Shown: positions 47,642-56,767 of the stretch, piece by piece | Layout of the letters: each line of letters begins with the position of its first letter | How positions within the stretch are numbered: the first letter of the stretch is position 1 | Assembly: GCA_963733055.1 (NCBI GenBank) | Contig: CAVTBR010000002.1 | Coordinates: forward strand, 320,001 to 384,000 | Reading direction: 5' to 3' | From: Candidatus Bathyarchaeota archaeon | Lineage (GTDB): Archaea > Thermoproteota > Bathyarchaeia > 40CM-2-53-6 | Length of the DNA: 64,000 bases | Program-made: the position numbers and the translations under genes | The notes under the pieces: model-generated | Seen by the model: only the letters and a program-made list of their open reading frames with translations | The model's database searches: none | Told to the model about the DNA's origin: nothing

Positions 47642-47771
47642 GGTTAACCACGATGACCCCGTTGGATCCTAGTTATTAGTTCTACAGGTTGGGACGGAAC
47701 TCGTTGAGCGTTTGGTCGGTAGGCTTTTGGAAACGATTGATGGCCACATGCACGGGATAATTGTAATCCGT

Positions 47772-47969
47772 TTACTGCTTGTCCAAGTCTATTCCCAGTT
47801 GCTTCTTGGCCTCTTTGATTTTGTCTGTGTAGTCGAGACCCACGCCGCTGTCGGGACCACCGCACTCCTCCCACTCGCCTCCATCAAACGACTTCAGCAT
47901 ACCCTCGAAGTTGTAGCTGACCGAGTGGCCTGCGGCAGATTTGTTTTCGTCCTCATGCTTCTCGCTCAT
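47772..47969 (-). CDS. Small acidic hypothetical protein
   Basis: GAGGTGA RBS; overlaps the MTase stop. Confidence 0.5.
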   Translation of the reverse strand: MSEKHEDENKSAAGHSVSYNFEGMLKSFDGGEWEECGGPDSGVGLDYTDKIKEAKKQLGIDLDKQ

Positions 47970-49344
47970 CAGTGTTCACCTCGCTGAATTGAAGAAGTCC
48001 GTTCCTGTGAAGTTCGGTCACGGGCGTCGGCGGTCTCTTGCGCTCGTGCCTGATGCGGTAGTCCGCCAGCCTTCGGTAATCTTCCGAGACCTCAATGCCC
48101 AACCAATCCCTTCCAAGGTTCTCGGCGACCAGCCCGCTTGTGCCCGAGCCAAAGAACATGTCCAGCAGAATCCCTGGTCTGTGGCCTGCGCCGCAGCCGC
48201 AGTCAGTCCAGCCGACCGTCTTCTTGACAGGCGTCAAGATGTCTTTCTGCGGCATCTCCCGCTTGTCGCAGAACGCCCATGGATTGGTTCTTCGCTCGCC
48301 CCACTGCTGATTGACTTTGTCGATTGTCTCCACGATGCGGACTCTCGGCTTGCCACACTTCGAGCAAACCCACGCGGGACAGCCTGCGAGGATCAGTTGT
48401 TTGACGAGATCCTTCGGGAATGTTGCCGTGTGAGTGAGCCAGTCCGTGGCTCCGCAGGCGCACCGCCTCGTGAAGTGTTTCTTGTGCGCTCTCTCGCCCA
48501 CATCGCCGCGGTTGGGTCGTCTCAGTCCGCTGTAGTTCCTGGGTGGGGCTTCGACGGCTTCGAGCACGTCCCAGTCAGTCTTGGCGTAGACTTGCTTGCA
48601 TCGCTTGCAGAGCTGGTAGCCGAGCAGCGTGGGATTTGCCGTGATGACGTTGCGGGCGATTCTCCACAGGTCAGATGTCTCGGAGCTTCTCTCCTGCACG
48701 GCGAAGGTATCATAGTAGTAGTGCCCGGCCTTCGTTAACATATAGACGAATTCCCAGGTGTTCGTGCGGCGGTCCTCTGCGGACTCGGGTCTAGCGTTCC
48801 GCTTGACCCACGCAATTCGGTCCCTGAGATACCACCCATCCTTTTGGAGGGCGGCGACGAGCTTCTCTGGGACGAGACAGAGATCTTTGCCCTTGAGTCC
48901 GATGCCCGCACGGCCGTAAGGTCGGAGATAGTCGTCGCCTCTCCCGCCACCTCTGAAGTCCCCGCCAGGACTCCCTGAGCCGCAGTAGCAGTCGCCTACG
49001 TTCAAGTAGCACACGCCGTCGCTGCGCAGCTTCTGCCTCGCAATGCGAAAGACTTCGACGAGGTGCTCGACATAGAGTTCGACCGACGGTTCGATCCCCA
49101 GGGCCCCACGCCAAGCGCTGCAGATGTGGCAGAATTCTCCAGCGTCATGGGCGGTCCACTCGTGGACGCAGTGTGGGTTTCCGCCGAGCGCTTGGTTCTG
49201 CTCGCCGCCTGCGTAAAGGCGCTGCGAAAGATAGGGCGGAGAAGTGACTATGCAGCTGACGGCGTTGTCGGGCAGGGTCATCATCATCGTGGCAGCGTCC
49301 CCTTGTAGAATTCGGTTGACGGCGAGGGTTGCCGTCTCCGACAT
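47953..49344 (-). CDS. Beta-class DNA methyltransferase (SPPY, probably N4-cytosine) with Cys-rich insertions
   Basis: IVTSPPY, LNVGD, W.K.N..PES..DR, H.ATFP, LDMFFGSGT, GIEVS; ATG overlaps the upstream TGA. Confidence 0.92.
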   Translation of the reverse strand: MSETATLAVNRILQGDAATMMMTLPDNAVSCIVTSPPYLSQRLYAGGEQNQALGGNPHCVHEWTAHDAGEFCHICSAWRGALGIEPSVELYVEHLVEVFRIARQKLRSDGVCYLNVGDCYCGSGSPGGDFRGGGRGDDYLRPYGRAGIGLKGKDLCLVPEKLVAALQKDGWYLRDRIAWVKRNARPESAEDRRTNTWEFVYMLTKAGHYYYDTFAVQERSSETSDLWRIARNVITANPTLLGYQLCKRCKQVYAKTDWDVLEAVEAPPRNYSGLRRPNRGDVGERAHKKHFTRRCACGATDWLTHTATFPKDLVKQLILAGCPAWVCSKCGKPRVRIVETIDKVNQQWGERRTNPWAFCDKREMPQKDILTPVKKTVGWTDCGCGAGHRPGILLDMFFGSGTSGLVAENLGRDWLGIEVSEDYRRLADYRIRHERKRPPTPVTELHRNGLLQFSEVNTDEREA

Positions 49345-51209
49345 CAGTTCGGCGCCCCCTGTTCGAGCCCGTTGCCGTAGGTCGCCCATCCACGGCGCTG
49401 TTTGCGTGCGAATAATTCCAACTTCTTCGAGTTCGGATACATCCTCTCGACGAGTCGGTAGGCGGCATCGGGCTTCTCGTTGCGTGTGACTCTCGGAGCT
49501 ACGATTACGGAGGGCGAGCGGTTCGCTGCGTTCGGAGTCTTGGGGTCTCCTCGGGTGGCGAGAAGAAGGTGCTCGTGGCGTGTTCGGAAATACGAGCCCC
49601 CGCTTACTTTACGCTGATCCCAGACTGCACCCGTGCGGTATTGGAAGCCCCACCGTCGAATGAGTTCGAGCCCCGATGCGAGCTGCGTGGCGGAAACCCA
49701 CACGAAGAGAACGCATTCGTCGCCGCAGATGTTTTGGATTGGCAGCGCTGACAGTTCCTCAAGCGTCATCGCGGTCGAGCTGGACTGCTCCGACATGCGG
49801 AACGGAGGGTCGGCGACTATCACGCCGTATTTTTCCTTGGGCAGCGGTGGCGTCTTGTTTTGCAGTTGGTGGCGGAGAAGTTCCCGCTTGGCGGCGACGA
49901 TGTTCGTTTTGCCAGCTCTGACCTCCGCTGCAAGGTCTGGTCGGGAGCTCTCTATTTTCTTGAAGTCTGAAACGTAGTGGCTGTTCACGCCGACTGTCTT
50001 TGCGGCGATGTCACGGGCTTTACCCTGCTGTTCCCGTGGTGGAAGTTTTTCCACTGCGGGCGGCGTGTTTCCCTTTTTCAGCGTTGAGAGTTGGCGCTCT
50101 TTTGCTTCCCGCTCTATCAGCGGCAAGATTTCGTTTGCAATAGCTGCCTTCTGTCCATCGGTGAGGTGGCGGCGCTTCAGGTTCATGCTGACGACGTGCT
50201 CGACGAGCGAGCCCTTCGCGTCCCATTCCACGAATTTCGGAGGTATGCCTAGTTCTCGGCAGGCTCGGAGCCTGTTCTTCCCGTCGATTACTCGTCCCTC
50301 GAATTTCTCGATAGGGACTGTCAGCCCGTGCTTCCTAATGTCTTTCTTCAGCGCATGGTATTCTTCTTCGCCCATCGGTGGGAACAGAATTGTCACTGCG
50401 TCGAGGGCGGGAAGGTTCTGTTGGCTGGCGATGCGCTGGCGGAACGCTTCGAGTCGGGCTCGTTGCGTGGTGGTCGCTGGGTTGAGCAGTCCGTTCCTAT
50501 TGAGCGCCGCCAGGCGGTTGATTGCGCCGTCGGGCAGCCCGTTGAAGCCGTTGGTCTTCTCGATGAACGCGACTCGGATTTGGTGTCTGCTCTTCCCGTT
50601 CGGAAGACAGTAGTTGCATTTAGTGCCGCACCAAGTGTCTTCTTTCCGACCCGTGAGCTTGACGCCTGGACGGTCTGCGGGACAGAGGAATTCATTCTCC
50701 GCCGCCTGGGCCTCGTCCTCGACAATCCGTGCGTAATTGTCTCTTGTCTTGTCAATCTTCGAGTCGTGAACGCCGCCGAACCTTTTCGTCACGGCGAAAT
50801 TAGGTAAGCGTTCGAGGGGCGTGAGGTCGAGGTGCAACGACTTGGTGTAGCTGAAGAATTTTACGTCGGGTAGGCGGCGGGCGACTTCTGCCCAGCTGTC
50901 CACGTAAGTTTGCGAATAGAAGTCCCCGCCGTCGTGGACACGAACCGCAAGAACCTTCATCTTCTTCAGGGCTTCGGTCATCCGCTCCACAAAGTCTGGT
51001 CTCGTGGACGCTTTCAGGTTCTCGGCGTCGGCGGCGACCACCGAGCTGAATTCCTTTTGGACCTTGCCGTAGTAGCAGGTCAGCAGGCACGTCGCCGCTC
51101 CTGGACACGTCGAGGGAACTGGAAGGCTCCACACCGCAATCGAGGGGGCGACCTTCTTGTTTCCCTTCGATAGGCTCAAGCGGGGCGGGGTTTCGGCGAC
51201 TACGTCCAT
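49344..51209 (-). CDS. GP88-like domain + ParB N-domain + MT-A70 methyltransferase fusion
   Basis: GNKK..., WSLP...TCPGAATCLLTCY, RVHDGGDFYS..Y...W, YTKS, CP...CGTKCNYC; IDGKNRLRAC; VADPPF...EKP...LELFAR...YGN. Confidence 0.88.
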   Translation of the reverse strand: MDVVAETPPRLSLSKGNKKVAPSIAVWSLPVPSTCPGAATCLLTCYYGKVQKEFSSVVAADAENLKASTRPDFVERMTEALKKMKVLAVRVHDGGDFYSQTYVDSWAEVARRLPDVKFFSYTKSLHLDLTPLERLPNFAVTKRFGGVHDSKIDKTRDNYARIVEDEAQAAENEFLCPADRPGVKLTGRKEDTWCGTKCNYCLPNGKSRHQIRVAFIEKTNGFNGLPDGAINRLAALNRNGLLNPATTTQRARLEAFRQRIASQQNLPALDAVTILFPPMGEEEYHALKKDIRKHGLTVPIEKFEGRVIDGKNRLRACRELGIPPKFVEWDAKGSLVEHVVSMNLKRRHLTDGQKAAIANEILPLIEREAKERQLSTLKKGNTPPAVEKLPPREQQGKARDIAAKTVGVNSHYVSDFKKIESSRPDLAAEVRAGKTNIVAAKRELLRHQLQNKTPPLPKEKYGVIVADPPFRMSEQSSSTAMTLEELSALPIQNICGDECVLFVWVSATQLASGLELIRRWGFQYRTGAVWDQRKVSGGSYFRTRHEHLLLATRGDPKTPNAANRSPSVIVAPRVTRNEKPDAAYRLVERMYPNSKKLELFARKQRRGWATYGNGLEQGAPN

Positions 51210-51595
51210 AGCGTCCTCGCCTTCCGATTGCTACTGACTGCTGGTGGATTGCTCGCGCTTGCGGGTGGCGACTGTTTCCGGTTGCCGCCAGAGTTCTCTT
51301 CTCTGGGCGAGACTTGGGAGGGGCGCTGCGTGTCGCAGGGAGTGTGGACCTCTTGCAGCTTGTCCAAGATGCTCATTTGCATTTTCATGGAGGCTTGTGT
51401 GGTCAGGGACAGAACGTTGACTTCGATGAGGCAGCCGAGAACCTCCTCGCTTGTTTCGCCCGACCTCACGCCGCTATCAACTGCGGTGTCGAAGATTTCG
51501 GCGCAGAGGCTGTTTATGAGGTCGCTGAGGCGGCGGGTGTGCCACTCGTGCGGTTGCGGCTTCCGCTTCGCCTCGTGTTCCCTTGAGATGTCTGA
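51200..51595 (-). CDS. Hypothetical protein (start approximate)
   Basis: Fills the operon between 51604 and 51209. Confidence 0.45.
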   Translation of the reverse strand, partial: SDISREHEAKRKPQPHEWHTRRLSDLINSLCAEIFDTAVDSGVRSGETSEEVLGCLIEVNVLSLTTQASMKMQMSILDKLQEVHTPCDTQRPSQVSPREENSGGNRKQSPPASASNPPAVSSNRKARTLWT

Positions 51596-51603
51596 GTGCT
51601 CGC

Positions 51604-51924
51604 TCACCGCTTGAACCTCCACTTCTCCTGAAGCCTCGGGTGGGCGGTCGTCCCCGCCGCCACGTCGCTGTGAGCACTGCAGAGGATTGCGTGACTTGCT
51701 GGGTCCCAGAAGACCGTCCGCTCAGGTTCGGCTTCGGTGGCGTAGCAGAGGCAGCCGCAGACGGCGCAACGGTGCTCGTGCAAGGTGGTCGTAGCTGAGA
51801 ACAGCTTCACGGTCACGCCACGGGCGTCGCTGGAACGCTTCCTGTTCCAAAGAAGGCGGGTGGCTCTTGGCGTGTTTTGCCCGTCGGTGCGGGCTTCGTT
51901 CGTTCGGTTCGTAGTCGTTTGCAT
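51604..51924 (-). CDS. Small Cys-rich protein, paralogue of 16974-17180
   Basis: HRCAVCGCLCY...TVFWDPASHAILCSAH...HPRLQEKWR. Confidence 0.7.
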   Translation of the reverse strand: MQTTTNRTNEARTDGQNTPRATRLLWNRKRSSDARGVTVKLFSATTTLHEHRCAVCGCLCYATEAEPERTVFWDPASHAILCSAHSDVAAGTTAHPRLQEKWRFKR

Positions 51925-51986
51925 TTGTCATCACGGAACCCTTACCGAAAACGTGAAGTAGAATCGGTGAGCAACGTGAAACGGAA

Positions 51987-52858
51987 GTGTTGCATGTGAA
52001 AGGTAGCCGCACCACGCTGCTGTTTTACCTGCGGCAGCATCCGTACCACGGCGACAATGAAGGAAGCGGCGCGACGCTCTACGAGATGAAGGAGAATGAG
52101 GGATTCAGCACCGCGTTCAGCGGCAAGGTGGTGAGACAGTGGCTGCGGCGAGGCATTGTGAGGGAGTGCGGAAAACCGAAGGAGACAGCCAACGTCCTCA
52201 CAACGAAGGCGACTCCGGTCGGTGGCGATAGAGTCCGCTTGAAGACGCAGCTGACAGACCTGCTGGACCGCGGGGAGGAGACAGGCCGGTCAGGTTCCGC
52301 AGAAGGCCGGTCGCCAAAAGCCTCTCACACCGCGGAAGGAGAGTGTACGAGTTGACGGAACGCGGCGTCAGAGTCGCCAAGCTGATGGGAGTCTTCGTTG
52401 AAAACAACTTCGTGGGAATGACAAGATCGGACAGGGTCGCCCGGGCCCTCGCCCAGAAAGGATTGAAGGGCGGCGACCTCGCCGCCGCCGTCGGATGTGG
52501 ACTGCTCATCCCCAGAACATGGGTCGTAAAGACAATCCCCCTGCCAGGGGAGCTGGAGGAGCTTGTGGACAAGTACGCCGCAGAGACACCCTACCGAGAA
52601 CTCCAGCAGTCAAAGACCGAAACAACCATGACCGGCGCGCAGTTCAAGTCGATGACGGACCTCTCCTACCTGCTCAACACGAAGACGACGCCGTTCATCG
52701 ACAAGAAGGCGCTGAGAGACATGTTCGGAGGCGAACCCAACGCCAACGGCAAAGTGGTAAGCACGCCCGAGAAGACGAAAAGACTGGTAGAAGAGAAAGA
52801 GAGAAGAATGATACAGGAACCCGCGGCCCTCTCGTTCATAGACTGGGCAATCGAGTAG
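51987..52858 (+). pseudogene. Winged-helix-like regulator split over two frames, paralogue of 17474-18388
   Basis: YELTERGVRVAKL...LAQKGL.GGDLAAAV aligns with YHITDKGRRVAAL...LGRHGF.AHHVVAAV; frameshift between about 52230 and 52343. Confidence 0.55.
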
Positions 52859-53013
52859 GCGAATTCAGTTCGTTATACTCGCGCTCAAGAGCGGTGACGG
52901 GGCGCGGATACTAAAAACCTGCTGTGTTGGGTTGGTCTTTCAAGACGCAGATTTCTCGGAACTTGTATCGCCACGGCCTCTCTTCGATGACGCCGCGGCC
53001 AAGCACCCGGACC

Positions 53014-53052
53014 GTTAATTGAGCAATTTCGTGTAACAATTGCTCAATTAAC
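53014..53052. repeat. Perfect 15-bp inverted repeat with a 9-bp spacer
   Basis: GTTAATTGAGCAATT-tcgtgtaac-AATTGCTCAATTAAC. Confidence 0.95.
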
Positions 53053-53174
53053 CCAGCTTAAGCTAATTCGAAATGTTCGGGGGAGAAGCTCGAAAGAACG
53101 GAACGGTCAGAGAACGCTCGGTGACTCGGAAATCGTATATTCTCGGTCTGAAACGATTACGCCATTGAACGAGC

Positions 53175-54014
53175 TTGGCTAGTTCTGTCCTAAGCGATGA
53201 TGAACACATCGTAATGGAGACCGCTGCAACCGTCTATTACACGAGGTTTGAGAGTGATGAGAATGCGCGAGGCACACTCTTTTTGCTTGACGATGGAAGC
53301 GTGGTCTTTGTCACTAAACGGCTACTAGTATTCGGATACGAAAGACACCATGGATATGACAAAGGGCAGATTCTGAAGGTTGAAACCTACAGCGACGGTT
53401 TCAAAGCACATGTTCTCTTCCCTGAAAGTGGGGACGAACCCGAAGAAGTGATTTCTTACTTCTACGAAATCGAACGCGATGTAGACCGTTGGGCAGCCGC
53501 TTTGTCCAGAGCCCCTGAACAACCGAAGAGAGTGGACGCCGTTCCTGCAACAACGTCACAACCTATTGAAGTCAAACCACAAGCATTGGATTGGATCGGT
53601 GAGGTAGAACCAGAGAAAGAGTCAGGGCCAAGTGTAACCAATGCGGCAGTCTCTTCGATGAAAAGGAAGACAGGTGCCATCACTGCTGTGCAGAGCGAAT
53701 TTCTGACGCAATTACGCTCAAAACTAGACGAGCATCTGATGCCCCACGCAAGAAGCGTCAGAAAACTGGCTGGCTATTTACTCGGGTTTGCGGTACTGAG
53801 CCTTCTCGCGGTTTTTGCGCTTTTGTTTTTGGCCGTGAACGAATATCTCATTGGTTTGTGGTCACTTTCCGCTCTTGTAGCACTGTTCTCTGGACTTGCG
53901 TTCGCAAACTACGGCATCGCGCAAGCAACTCCAGCAGAACAAGAGGCGGCAGAGAATTTCTGGAAGAGAAATTCTGATTTGTCGAGTATTATCTGGTACA
54001 ATAAGTCGGCCTAA
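53175..54014 (+). CDS. PH-like N-terminal domain + 2-TM protein
   Basis: RGTLFL...VVFV...D.W..AL pattern; C-terminal TM hairpin. Confidence 0.6.
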   Translation: MASSVLSDDEHIVMETAATVYYTRFESDENARGTLFLLDDGSVVFVTKRLLVFGYERHHGYDKGQILKVETYSDGFKAHVLFPESGDEPEEVISYFYEIERDVDRWAAALSRAPEQPKRVDAVPATTSQPIEVKPQALDWIGEVEPEKESGPSVTNAAVSSMKRKTGAITAVQSEFLTQLRSKLDEHLMPHARSVRKLAGYLLGFAVLSLLAVFALLFLAVNEYLIGLWSLSALVALFSGLAFANYGIAQATPAEQEAAENFWKRNSDLSSIIWYNKSA

Positions 54015-54038
54015 GCAATCTTTCTGATCGTAGTTGGG

Positions 54039-55007
54039 TTGATTATGTGGACCTCGGTGCTGCAAGTCGCTCAGGGAAAAGCTGCGGGCACAATAAGTCA
54101 ATCCGCTCTGGTCTTCTTCGTCGGGTTAGCTTCAATAATATTGGGAGGGTCCCGAGCTAAGCAAGCGATTCGTCTATCTGCTGAGGCAGGGGGAGTTGGT
54201 AGACATTTCACTAAACGCAACTTCGGGTTTGCGCTTGTTATTCTGTGGTTACCTCTTTGGTATGTGGCGTACGAGAGGTACCTTGCCTATCAAGCCCTCA
54301 TCGACATAAGCCCACAACCTGCCAGAGATGCAATGGTGCAGACTGCTGTCCTTGTCATTGGGGGATTGCTCTCGGCTGGCATGGGTTATGAGCTTATCAA
54401 TCCTGTCGCATGGGTCGCAGATTGGCGGTACAAGAAATCCGCGATTAGGACGGAAACACTCTCAGAGCTAAGATCGCTGTCTCCTTCCCAATTTGAGGTA
54501 GCAGTGGCCCAGCTGTTACGCGATCTGGACTATCGAAATGTTAGCGTTGTCGGAGGCGCTGGCGATCTAGCTAGAGACATTCGTTGTAAAGATCCGGAAG
54601 GAAAAAGCGTCAGTGTTCAGTGCAAGAAATACGGTGAAGGTCATTCGGTTAGTTCGCCCGATGTTCAGCGGTTCATAGGAATGCTGATCACCGAGCATCA
54701 CGCGAAGCGAGGAATCATTGTAACGACAACGGAACTCACAGAGCATGCACGAAATCTCTGCCGTAACCACGAAGTAGAAGTTTGGGACAGCGAAAAACTG
54801 CCTGACTTGCTGAACCAAGCAAAACGAAGACAAAGACCAAATGAGAAACCCATAGCCACCGCTCTCCTCATGAGTCCGCGACAAACGACGCTAAATGTAA
54901 CTGAAACTAAGAAGGTAAGTCTTGAGAAACAGTTCTGTCTAGAATGTGGCACCCAACTTCCGGTTGGTTCAAAATTCTGCACGAAGTGTGGAACTAAGCA
55001 AGCCTGA
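54039..55007 (+). CDS. Membrane-anchored Mrr-family restriction endonuclease with a C-terminal Zn ribbon
   Basis: LSPSQFE..VA.LL..L.Y, GD..RDI, VQCKKY, V...DVQ.F.G, GIIVTT; FCLECG...KFCTKCG. Confidence 0.85.
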   Translation: MIMWTSVLQVAQGKAAGTISQSALVFFVGLASIILGGSRAKQAIRLSAEAGGVGRHFTKRNFGFALVILWLPLWYVAYERYLAYQALIDISPQPARDAMVQTAVLVIGGLLSAGMGYELINPVAWVADWRYKKSAIRTETLSELRSLSPSQFEVAVAQLLRDLDYRNVSVVGGAGDLARDIRCKDPEGKSVSVQCKKYGEGHSVSSPDVQRFIGMLITEHHAKRGIIVTTTELTEHARNLCRNHEVEVWDSEKLPDLLNQAKRRQRPNEKPIATALLMSPRQTTLNVTETKKVSLEKQFCLECGTQLPVGSKFCTKCGTKQA

Positions 55008-55034
55008 TCCGCTATCTTGCGAGGGCTAGTGAGT

Positions 55035-55991
55035 ATGAGTCGCTTGAAGGTCGGGCTTCTGATTTTTGGAGTTCTCGGTGCCTTTCTGGTTGTCTTCTTC
55101 GCGACCTTTGGCGTATTGGTGCTTATCAATCGTCAAGGCTCAGTTCAGTTACAAACAGCAGTAGCGTTCTCCCAGATAGTTGTCGGTATTGCTGAAGGGC
55201 TGATTGCTCTGGGTATCGGTGCGGAGGCAGTCCTGGGAGGATATTCTTTTTTGAAAAGGGAGCGCAAGGAGCATTATGAGAAAATCAACGACAAGGTGCT
55301 GAAGCAACTCAGTGGCATACGCCCTGAGGCTATTACTTCTGCCCCAGAGGATAGACTCCGAGACTACAAGTTAGGCGTTGGCAATTTCCCCGATAACGAG
55401 TATTTGAGCAAAAACGCTTGGTTGCATATCAAACAAGAGGATGCCTCAGCATACGAAGCGCTGCGTACTCTGCGAGCGAGCATAAAAGAACACAACCAGA
55501 GGGTCGATTCTACTCAATATGAGATCATGAACTCGATACAGAGTAGGTTCCCTAGCCACGAATTCGCTACTGAGCCGCCCACGGCATGGGCTTACAATCT
55601 GCAGAATACTATCATTCCGGCTCTTTTCTCGTTCTGGAAGGAGCACCTCGAACTTGTTAGGTCTAGAGACGGAGCACAGCTTTTGGGCGCCTTCAATTCA
55701 GTTTATTCCACGTTTTATGATAGTAATGGATTATTCCTACAGAGAGAGGGCAGAGGGAACTCTGTCTGGCCCGGCACGCAGCAGAAGGGTCTCGAAATCT
55801 TCGAAATCATGAAGGGCATATTGGTTGATCCGGTAATTTTGCGTGGAATTAGTGAAGTTGAAAATTCAAAATCTACTTTGATTCATACTATCACCAAAAT
55901 CAGTGAAGTGGCAACTAGAATCAGCAACGCCATCGACGCTGGCGACTATGTGACAGTGGTAGATTGTTGTCCCTCAATTTTAGGTTTCTAA
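55035..55991 (+). CDS. Hypothetical 2-TM + helical protein
   Basis: ATG ORF, hydrophobic N-terminus. Confidence 0.6.
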   Translation: MSRLKVGLLIFGVLGAFLVVFFATFGVLVLINRQGSVQLQTAVAFSQIVVGIAEGLIALGIGAEAVLGGYSFLKRERKEHYEKINDKVLKQLSGIRPEAITSAPEDRLRDYKLGVGNFPDNEYLSKNAWLHIKQEDASAYEALRTLRASIKEHNQRVDSTQYEIMNSIQSRFPSHEFATEPPTAWAYNLQNTIIPALFSFWKEHLELVRSRDGAQLLGAFNSVYSTFYDSNGLFLQREGRGNSVWPGTQQKGLEIFEIMKGILVDPVILRGISEVENSKSTLIHTITKISEVATRISNAIDAGDYVTVVDCCPSILGF

Positions 55992-56138
55992 GCGTAAGTC
56001 ACCCACAAGACTGTATTCATGAGAGGATTAAGAAGAAGGTCACAAGGGAACCTCCGATCGGGGCATGCCGTCCATGCTTGAAGCGTGTGTCCGTTGAGGC
56101 GGAAGTTCCCGAAAGAGATCGTGTTATGAGGCTAGCGA

Positions 56139-56672
56139 ATGAGTGATTTTCTCTCCGTTCTCGGGGTGGCGGTCGGTATTGTTGGAGGAACTGCAGGTGT
56201 CATCAGCCTCGTGGTTCAATTTGTGAGAGATAGAGCGCGTCTGCAATTGACAGTTCTTCGGAGTTCGTTCGGGAACGAACCCGGTGTCGGCTGGCTTGAC
56301 ATCAGATTCGAGATCAGTAACGTCGGAAACTTTCACACCTCCGTAACTCAGTTGAATGCGTGGATTATGGACGGCGCGAATCGGCTGGAAGGCGAGCTGG
56401 ACAAGTTGAGACCTAACGAGACAGACACGCTGATTAGGGCAGGGTATCGGCCTGATGAGCCCCCTCGGATGACGGTTTCTCTACCTCAAGGAATCGGTGG
56501 GCATTCCAGCGAAATCTACACAGCAATCTTTCGGCTGGAGAGGAGCATTGAAACTGGGCACGAAACGGCCTGCGGATTGACAATAACGCACACGCATGGT
56601 GAAATCAGCGTCGAAGCAGTTGCTCATCCTCAGCCACTGCAGCGTGCGGTAGGCAGACAGGGAGAGCAATAG
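56139..56672 (+). CDS. Membrane-anchored beta-domain protein
   Basis: TM followed by I.N.G...TSV. Confidence 0.6.
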   Translation: MSDFLSVLGVAVGIVGGTAGVISLVVQFVRDRARLQLTVLRSSFGNEPGVGWLDIRFEISNVGNFHTSVTQLNAWIMDGANRLEGELDKLRPNETDTLIRAGYRPDEPPRMTVSLPQGIGGHSSEIYTAIFRLERSIETGHETACGLTITHTHGEISVEAVAHPQPLQRAVGRQGEQ

Positions 56673-56767
56673 TTGGATGCTCTCTTGTCAAAGGTTTTCG
56701 TAACCTTTCTCAGCCTATTTCATTCTGTATCCTATCCTAGACTCGATCTCCGTAATTCACAAATACT

